Shown here: one piece after another, positions 54,233 through 64,000 of the stretch
Numbering within the stretch: the first letter of the stretch is position 1
Layout of the letters: the number at the start of each line of letters is the position of its first letter
DNA from: a bacterium
Lineage (GTDB): Bacteria; UBA8248
Direction of reading: 5' to 3'
Assembly (NCBI GenBank): GCA_965204535.1
Contig: OZ241996.1
Coordinates: 992,001 to 1,056,000, forward strand
DNA: 64,000 nucleotides
Program-made: the position numbers and the translations under genes
Notes under the pieces: generated by a model
What the model was told of the DNA's origin: nothing
What the model saw: only the letters and a program-made list of their open reading frames with translations
The model's database searches: none

Positions 54233-54683
54233 GGGAAACCGCTTGTCAGGGGCAGGATAACTGCTTGACTTTGAACGAGTTTTATGAGAGTGTCCCTGGT
54301 GGATCACCCCTCTCGTAATTTACCGGCAATTTATCGAAAAACACCGTGAATTTATCCAATTTTATCGAATTTTTCAGTATTTCCGACCGGCTTTTCAGCG
54401 CCTGAAAATCATCCGCACCCTATCAAAATCGCTCTCGATATTCCAGCCGGATTTCCAGACCCTCGGGAGATGAAAAATCTTCTCCCCCCGGCTGGCATCC
54501 GAGCGGGGGACGTGATAAGGAGGGGGCGGTAAAGTTTGCGCGAAGGCGCCATGAGGGTTTTGCCCCAGAAATTCTTTCGGGGATGACTGGCGTTTGTACT
54601 CTTGAACACAACCGTGATTCCGGCTTTTACCCATACACTCGGCGAACGTAATTTTCGCATGACGAACTGAAGGGGAGCATTGA

Positions 54684-55934
<1,251 letters not shown>

Positions 55935-55957
55935 CCAAAAGGAGGCGGGAGAGAATC

Positions 55958-56887
55958 ATGGCGAGGCCAAAAATCACCATTGTGGGCGCCGGGAACGTAG
56001 GCGCCACGACGGCCCACTGGGCGGCGGCCAGGGAACTGGGCGACATCGTCCTCATCGACATCATCGAGGGAGTGCCCCAGGGCAAGGCGCTTGATCTGTA
56101 TGAAGCGGCGCCCGTGGAGGGTTTCGATTGCCGCATCACGGGCACGAATGACTATGCGGATACGAAGGATTCGGACATCGTCGTCGTCACGGCGGGCGTC
56201 GCCCGCAAGCCGGGCATGAGCCGCGACGACCTCATCAGCATCAACGCCGGCATCGTCGGCTCCGTGACGGACGAGGTCGTAAAACAATCGCCCGATTGCA
56301 TCCTGATCATCGTCTCGAACCCGCTCGACGTCATGGTCACCAAGGCGCACATGCAGTGCGAGTTCCCGCGCGAGCGCATCATGGGGATGGCCGGCGTGCT
56401 CGACAGCGCGCGCTTCCGGACGTTCATATCCATGGAACTGGGCGTCTCGGTCGAGGACATCACGGCCACCGTGCTCGGCGGCCACGGAGACAGCATGGTC
56501 CCGCTGCCGAGGTACAGCACGGTCTCGGGCATTCCCATCACGGCGCTCATGGAGCCGGGTCGCATCGAGGCGCTGGTGCAGAGAACGCGCGACGGCGGGG
56601 CGGAAATCGTGAATTACCTCAAAACCGGCAGTGCGTTCTACGCGCCCGGGGCTTCCGTCGTGCAGATGGTGGAATCCATCCTCAAGGACAAGAAGCGGAT
56701 TCTTCCCTGCGCGGCCCTGCTGGATGGCGAATACGGCCAGGAGGGCATTTTCATGGGCGTTCCAGCCAAGCTCGGCGCGGGCGGAATGGAACAGGTCGTG
56801 GAACTCGATCTGACGCCTGAAGAAAAAACGGCGTTCGATAATTCCGCCGATCACGTGCGCGAGTTGATAAAGACCCTCGAAACCTGA
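55958..56887 (+). CDS. mdh: Malate dehydrogenase
   Basis: [30 protein letters not shown]; ATG 55958 after AGGAGG. Confidence 0.96.
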   Translation: MARPKITIVGAGNVGATTAHWAAARELGDIVLIDIIEGVPQGKALDLYEAAPVEGFDCRITGTNDYADTKDSDIVVVTAGVARKPGMSRDDLISINAGIVGSVTDEVVKQSPDCILIIVSNPLDVMVTKAHMQCEFPRERIMGMAGVLDSARFRTFISMELGVSVEDITATVLGGHGDSMVPLPRYSTVSGIPITALMEPGRIEALVQRTRDGGAEIVNYLKTGSAFYAPGASVVQMVESILKDKKRILPCAALLDGEYGQEGIFMGVPAKLGAGGMEQVVELDLTPEEKTAFDNSADHVRELIKTLET

Positions 56888-56927
56888 ACGCGTCGTTCAT
56901 AGACGACCGGCAACGGACAGGCGGGCC

Positions 56928-57770
56928 ATGCGAACGATAGACGCAAGCGAGGTGACGGCCAGGATTCGCGAGATGTCCATCGAGTCGAACTACCACGTCG
57001 ACCCCGCCTACGTACGCAAGGTCGAAGAGGCGAAGGCCGGTGAAACCTCGTCTTTGGGCCTCATGGTGCTCGATCAGATCACCGAGAATGCGGCCCTCGC
57101 ATCCGCAGAGCGCGTACCCTATTGCCAAGACACGGGCGTTTCCATCGTCTTCGTCGAGGTGGGCCAGGACGTCCGCATCGAGGGCGGGCTGCTGGAAGAC
57201 GCCATCAACGAAGGCATTCGCCGGGGCTATCGCGACGGCTATCTGCGCGGCTCGGTGGTAAACGATCCGCTCCGGCGCGTGAACACCAGGGACAATACGC
57301 CCGCTGTCATCCACTACCGCGTGGTCGAGGGCGATCGCCTCAAACTCTATTTCGCCGCCAAGGGAACGGGGGCGGAAAACATGAGCATTGCGCGCATGCT
57401 CAAACCCTCGGACGGCAGAGAGGGCGTCATCCGCACCATCGTCGATCACGTTTTCAATTCCGGGGGGAATCCCTGCCCGCCGGTTCTGTTGGGGGTCGGT
57501 CTGGGCGGCTCGATTGAAAAGGCGGCGCTACAGGCGAAATGGGCGCTTTTCCGTGAACTGGGCGCGCCCAACCCCGACCCGCTCGTGGCCGAACTCGAAG
57601 GGGATATTCTGGAAGCGGTGAACAAGACCGGCGTGGGGCCGATGGGCATGGGCGGAGACACCACCTGCATCGCCGTGCACGTCGAGACCTACGCCTGCCA
57701 CATCGGAGCGCTTCCGATCTGCGTGAACGTGGAGTGCCACGCGCACCGCCACGCCGAGGTGGTACTCTAG
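56928..57770 (+). CDS. Class I fumarate hydratase (or tartrate dehydratase), alpha subunit
   Basis: CQDTG, KG.G.EN, NPCPP, CHA.RH. Confidence 0.9.
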   Translation: MRTIDASEVTARIREMSIESNYHVDPAYVRKVEEAKAGETSSLGLMVLDQITENAALASAERVPYCQDTGVSIVFVEVGQDVRIEGGLLEDAINEGIRRGYRDGYLRGSVVNDPLRRVNTRDNTPAVIHYRVVEGDRLKLYFAAKGTGAENMSIARMLKPSDGREGVIRTIVDHVFNSGGNPCPPVLLGVGLGGSIEKAALQAKWALFRELGAPNPDPLVAELEGDILEAVNKTGVGPMGMGGDTTCIAVHVETYACHIGALPICVNVECHAHRHAEVVL

Positions 57771-57771
57771 G

Positions 57772-58317
57772 ATGCAGTCGATTAACCTCCCGCTCGATTC
57801 TGAGGTTGTGGAATCCCTCTCGATGGGGGATATGTGCGAGTTGAGCGGCGTCCTCTACACGGCGCGCGACGCGGCCCACAAGCGGATGCTGGAGGACGCG
57901 GCGCGCGGAGAGCCCCTGCCCATCGACGTGGCGGGCCAAGTGCTCTACTACGTGGGGCCGACGCCACCCAAGCCGGGCGCCGTCATCGGCTCGGCGGGAC
58001 CCACGACGAGCGGCCGCATGGACGCCTATACGCCCAGGATGCTGGAATTAGGCCTCACCGGAATGATAGGCAAGGGGGGCAGGAGCCCGGCGGTCGTGGA
58101 GGCCATCGCCGAACACCGCGCCGTCTACTTCGCCGCCATCGGCGGTACGGCCGCCCTGCTGGCGAAGCGGATCAAGGAGGTCGAACTCATCGCCTATGAG
58201 GATTTGGGGACCGAGGCGATTCGAAGACTCGTGGTCGAGAGGTTTCCGGTCGTGGTCGCGGTGGACAGCCGCGGGAAGGATATTTTCGCCGAAGGTTACA
58301 AGGCGTTTGCCAGATAA
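57772..58317 (+). CDS. Class I fumarate hydratase, beta subunit
   Basis: TARDAAHKR, GPTTSGRMD, IGKG, DLGTEA. Confidence 0.9.
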   Translation: MQSINLPLDSEVVESLSMGDMCELSGVLYTARDAAHKRMLEDAARGEPLPIDVAGQVLYYVGPTPPKPGAVIGSAGPTTSGRMDAYTPRMLELGLTGMIGKGGRSPAVVEAIAEHRAVYFAAIGGTAALLAKRIKEVELIAYEDLGTEAIRRLVVERFPVVVAVDSRGKDIFAEGYKAFAR

Positions 58318-58392
58318 AGTTCGCCCGGGCGTTTCGGTCTTGACGTTCTTGGCGCGATTTTCAGGGATTGATGTAATCACTTCCCCCTTTGG

Positions 58393-58662
58393 GGAGTTGT
58401 TGAAAACTCGTGATTTCATGATTCGGCATTTGTAGCCGATCGCGGAGGAAGAGAATTCACTCCCCCCTTGAGGGGGAGTCACAGAGGCCGAGCGGTTTGT
58501 GCGATGGCCGATGTGGTGGGGGGTAAAATGCGTTCTATCGGCATTCCGAATTATACCCCCCACCGAATCGCTTGCGGGCTTACGCCCTTAGCTCTTCGAC
58601 TCCCCCTCAAGGGGGGGAGTGAAAAGTAGCGCGCTCCGTGTGTGGGCTTTTTCAACATACCC
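58393..58662. mobile_element. MITE-like element with IS1182-type ends carrying repeat family A (58456-58623)
   Basis: Ends GGAGTTGTTGAAAA / TTTTTCAACATACCC; interior similar to 33958-34179; no clear target duplication. Confidence 0.65.
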
Positions 58663-58852
58663 CCCAAGAGGGGAATGAGAGAAACCTGAGCGGGAGAGAG
58701 TGGTTTTGCAAAAGGAGTTATAAATTTACCTGGTCGCAGCTTTATGAATTGACTTATAAAAGGGCTGTGTGAACCGAAGTATGATGACTTTCATTTGTGC
58801 TTGAAGGTTCAGCGTTGAAATGTATTCATCGCATTGATTCTGGAGGGGTTGG

Positions 58853-60013
58853 ATGAACATCCACGAGTATCAGGGCAAGGAGTTGCTCGCGAAATACGGC
58901 GTGGCCGTCCCGAGGGGCGGAGTCGCCGAGACGGCGGAAGAGGCCGAGCGCATCGCCAAGGAACTGGGCGGGACGGTGGTCGTCAAGGCGCAAATCCACG
59001 CGGGCGGACGAGGCAAGGGAGGCGGCGTCAAGCTGGCCGGGACGCCTGCGGAGGCGAAAGAGGCGGCCTCGCAGATTCTGGGGATGACGCTGGTGACGCA
59101 CCAGACGGGTCCGGAAGGCCGCCTCGTCAAGAAGGTATGGGTGGAGGAGGCGAGCGACATCGAGCGCGAGTTGTATCTCGGGGTCGTGCTCGACCGCGCT
59201 ACGGGCCGCCCCACCGTCATGGCGAGCACCGAGGGCGGGATGGACATCGAGGAGGTGGCCGCGAAAACGCCCGAAAAACTCCTGAAGGTTCCCATCGACC
59301 CGGCGCTCTCCGTCTGGCCTTCGACCGCGCGCCGCGTGGCCTACGGGCTGGATTTACCCACCGACCTCGTCCGCGAGGGGACGAAGTTCGTCACGAACCT
59401 CTACCGGTTCTACGACGAGATGGACGCCTCGCTGGTCGAGATCAATCCCCTGGTGCAGACGAAAGACGGTCGCATTCTGGCGCTCGACGCGAAGGTGAAC
59501 TTCGACGACAACGCGCTCTACCGCCACGAGGAGGTGGCCGGGATGCGCGATGAGGATGAAGAGGACCCGCTCGAAGTCGAGGCCTCCAAATTCAACCTCA
59601 ACTACATCAAGCTCGACGGCTCGGTGGCCTGCATGGTGAACGGCGCGGGCCTCGCCATGGCGACGATGGACATCATCAAGCTCGCGGGCGCAGCGCCGGC
59701 GAACTTCCTCGACGTGGGCGGCGGCGCGAGCAAGGAGATGGTGGAGAACGCCTTCCGCATCCTCATGGACGATACGGACGTGAAGGCCGTCTTCATCAAC
59801 ATATTCGGCGGCATCCTGCGCTGCGACATTCTGGCGGAGGGCGTCGTGGAGGCGGTCAAGACCGTGAACGTGAACGTCCCCATCATCATCCGCATGGAGG
59901 GGACGAACGTGGAGAAGGGCCGCGAGATTCTCGAAGGCTCGGGTCTCGATTTCACCGTGGGCAATGGCATGGCCGATTCCGCCGAAAAGGTGGTAGCGGC
60001 CCTTAACCGCTAG
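58853..60013 (+). CDS. sucC: Succinyl-CoA synthetase beta subunit
   Basis: [44 protein letters not shown]. Confidence 0.97.
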   Translation: MNIHEYQGKELLAKYGVAVPRGGVAETAEEAERIAKELGGTVVVKAQIHAGGRGKGGGVKLAGTPAEAKEAASQILGMTLVTHQTGPEGRLVKKVWVEEASDIERELYLGVVLDRATGRPTVMASTEGGMDIEEVAAKTPEKLLKVPIDPALSVWPSTARRVAYGLDLPTDLVREGTKFVTNLYRFYDEMDASLVEINPLVQTKDGRILALDAKVNFDDNALYRHEEVAGMRDEDEEDPLEVEASKFNLNYIKLDGSVACMVNGAGLAMATMDIIKLAGAAPANFLDVGGGASKEMVENAFRILMDDTDVKAVFINIFGGILRCDILAEGVVEAVKTVNVNVPIIIRMEGTNVEKGREILEGSGLDFTVGNGMADSAEKVVAALNR

Positions 60014-60024
60014 GGGGTCTGGTT

Positions 60025-60921
60025 TTGAGTATTCTGGTTGACAAGGAGACGCGCATCCTCGTGCAGGGCATAACCGGGCGCGAGGGAGGCTTTCACGCCG
60101 GGCAATGCCAAAAATACAGCCGCGAGTTCGCGGGCGGCGGCGGCGCGGTGGTGGCCGGCGTGACGCCCGGCAAGGGCGGGCAGGAGGCGGACAGTGTGCC
60201 CGTGTTCAACACGGTGGCCGATGCGGCCCGCGAGACAGGCGCGAACGCCTCGCTCATCTTCGTGCCGCCCCCGTTCGCGGCGGACGCCATCGTCGAGTCC
60301 GTAGACGCCGGGCTCCCCCTCGTGGTGTGCATCACCGAGGGCATCCCGGTGCGCGACATGGTGTACGTAAAGCGCCACATTGAGGATAGCGGCGCCGTGC
60401 TCATCGGCCCCAACTGCCCGGGCGTCATCACGCCCGGCGGCTGCAAGATGGGCATCATGCCGGGCCACATTCACAAGGAAGGCACCATCGGCGTCATCTC
60501 GAAAAGCGGCACGCTCACCTACGAGGTCGTCGCCCAGCTTACCGAGCAGGGCCTGGGCCAGACCACCTGCGTCGGCATCGGCGGTGACCCCATTATCGGC
60601 ACGATGTATATCGACCTCTTGCGCATGTTCGAGGACGACCCGAAGACCGAGGCCATCATCATGATCGGCGAGATCGGCGGCACCGCCGAGCAGGACGCGG
60701 CGCGCTGGGCGAAGGAGAACGTATCGAAGCCGCTCGTGGGCTTCATCGCGGGCCAGACGGCTCCTCCGGGCCGGCGGATGGGCCACGCGGGCGCGATTAT
60801 CTCGGGCGGCGAAGGCACCGCGGCCGAGAAGATGCGGGTCATGTCCGAATGCGGGATTCACGTCACCGAAAGCCCGGCCGAGATGGGCCTCACCATGGCC
60901 AAGGCGCTGGGCAAGGCATAA
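60025..60921 (+). CDS. sucD: Succinyl-CoA synthetase alpha subunit
   Basis: VQGITG, GPNCPG, MGHAGAI. Confidence 0.97.
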   Translation: MSILVDKETRILVQGITGREGGFHAGQCQKYSREFAGGGGAVVAGVTPGKGGQEADSVPVFNTVADAARETGANASLIFVPPPFAADAIVESVDAGLPLVVCITEGIPVRDMVYVKRHIEDSGAVLIGPNCPGVITPGGCKMGIMPGHIHKEGTIGVISKSGTLTYEVVAQLTEQGLGQTTCVGIGGDPIIGTMYIDLLRMFEDDPKTEAIIMIGEIGGTAEQDAARWAKENVSKPLVGFIAGQTAPPGRRMGHAGAIISGGEGTAAEKMRVMSECGIHVTESPAEMGLTMAKALGKA

Positions 60922-60948
60922 CGTCATACACGGGAAGGGAAAGGACAC

Positions 60949-61371
60949 ATGGAACGCACGTTCGCGATGATTAAACCCGACGCCACCGCGCGCGGCATTA
61001 GCGGCAGGATTCTCTCGCGCATCGAGGAGGAGGGTTTCGGGATTCTGGGCATGAGGCTCGTCCACATGTCGAAAGCGCAGGCCGAGGGTTTTTACGCCGT
61101 TCACAGGGAGCGCCCCTTCTTCGGCGATCTCACGACGTTCATGTCCTCGGGGCGCACGGTGGTGCTCGCCCTCGAGCGCGAGAACGCCATCAAGCACTGG
61201 CGTGACGTGATGGGCGCCACGAACCCCGCGGAGGCCGAGCCGGGGACGATTCGCGCGGAATTGGGCGAGAGCATCGAGCGCAACTCCACGCACGGCTCCG
61301 ACGCGCCCGATACCGCCGCCTTTGAGTTGGGCTACTGGTTCCCGGGTGTGGAACTGCCCGCATCGGAATAA
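60949..61371 (+). CDS. ndk: Nucleoside diphosphate kinase
   Basis: MERTF..IKPD, GATNP, N..HGSD. Confidence 0.97.
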   Translation: MERTFAMIKPDATARGISGRILSRIEEEGFGILGMRLVHMSKAQAEGFYAVHRERPFFGDLTTFMSSGRTVVLALERENAIKHWRDVMGATNPAEAEPGTIRAELGESIERNSTHGSDAPDTAAFELGYWFPGVELPASE

Positions 61372-61407
61372 GATTCTTGGACCAGAAACATCGGGAGATG
61401 TCATAAA

Positions 61408-62181
61408 ATGCGTTTGAAGGATAAAGTCGCTATTGTCACGGGGGCGGGGCAGGGAATCGGAAAAGTCATCGCGCTCACGTTCGCGCGCGAAGGTGCGAAG
61501 GTGGTACTCGCCGCGCGCTCGGTCGCAAACCTGGAGGCCACCGCCGCCGAGATGCCCGAGGGTGCCTCTCTCGTCGCGCCTACGGACTTGACGGACGAAG
61601 CAGCGATAAAGGCTCTCGTCGAGAGGACGCTCGCCGAGTACGGGACCATCGACATCCTCGTGAACAACTCCGGCGTCGCCGGCCCCACGAAGGCGTGCGA
61701 GGACGTGACGCGCGAGGATTGGGAGGAGTGCTTCGACGTGAACGTCACGGGCACGTTCCTGATGACGAAGCACGTCATCCCCACGATGAAGAAAAACAGA
61801 TACGGGCGCATCCTCAACATCAGTTCGATGAGCGGCAAGCGGCCCCTGCCGAACCGCACGCCCTATACGGCGTCCAAGATGGCGGTCATCGGCTTGACGC
61901 GCACCCTCGCGTTCGAACTCGGCGAATACGGCGTCACGGTGAACGCGGTGTGCCCGGGAGCCACATCGGGCCCCAGGATCGACAGCGTCATCGAGAACAT
62001 GGCGCAGAGCTTTGGCACCTCCTTCGAGGAGGCGAAGGCGACCTTCACTGCGCCGGCGGCCCTAAAAACGCTCGTCGATGCGGAGGATCACGCCGCCTTG
62101 TGCGTTTTCCTGGCTTCCGAGGAGGCCGCTCACATGACCGCCCAGGACATCAACGTGACGGGCGGGCTCATCTTTTACTAG
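61408..62181 (+). CDS. Short-chain dehydrogenase/reductase
   Basis: TGAGQGIG, NNSG, YTASK. Confidence 0.9.
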   Translation: MRLKDKVAIVTGAGQGIGKVIALTFAREGAKVVLAARSVANLEATAAEMPEGASLVAPTDLTDEAAIKALVERTLAEYGTIDILVNNSGVAGPTKACEDVTREDWEECFDVNVTGTFLMTKHVIPTMKKNRYGRILNISSMSGKRPLPNRTPYTASKMAVIGLTRTLAFELGEYGVTVNAVCPGATSGPRIDSVIENMAQSFGTSFEEAKATFTAPAALKTLVDAEDHAALCVFLASEEAAHMTAQDINVTGGLIFY

Positions 62182-62239
62182 CCCGCTCATCGCCTCGCAT
62201 TCGGGAGGCCCCGCGCGGAGGCGCGCGCCGGGAGAGCAC

Positions 62240-64000
<1,761 letters not shown>

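Overview
GC-rich bacterial chromosomal segment, probably a diderm (SurA-type chaperones, GT9 heptosyltransferase-like gene), made mostly of housekeeping genes: pdxA, aroF, rodZ, mfd, surA-like x2, pyrR-pyrB-pyrC-carA...carB, tal, gdh, lepA-lepB, rsmA, icd-mdh-fum-sucCD-ndk and uvrA. Four non-routine things stand out. (1) A selenium locus at 4.7-16 kb. It includes a UGA-recoded UGSC-motif selenoprotein with a SECIS-like hairpin, split in two by the ORF track and co-oriented with two paralogous acyl-CoA dehydrogenases. It also includes a tightly coupled ridA-yqeB-MoxR AAA+-VWA-yqeC-xdhC operon, in which a chaperone pair sits inside the Se-molybdenum-hydroxylase maturation genes. (2) An intact IS1182-family element and non-autonomous MITEs with similar ends, inserted with 5-bp duplications into REP-like palindromes and carrying other palindromic repeats. 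(3) A decayed toxin-antitoxin cluster (39-41.4 kb) partitioned by GTAG-REP hairpins, with broken toxins and two intact antitoxins. (4) A ~9-10 kb low-GC block of core genes (~44.5-54 kb), loosely bracketed by a 50-bp inverted repeat. All calls come from reading the sequence and recognising motifs; no searches were run.
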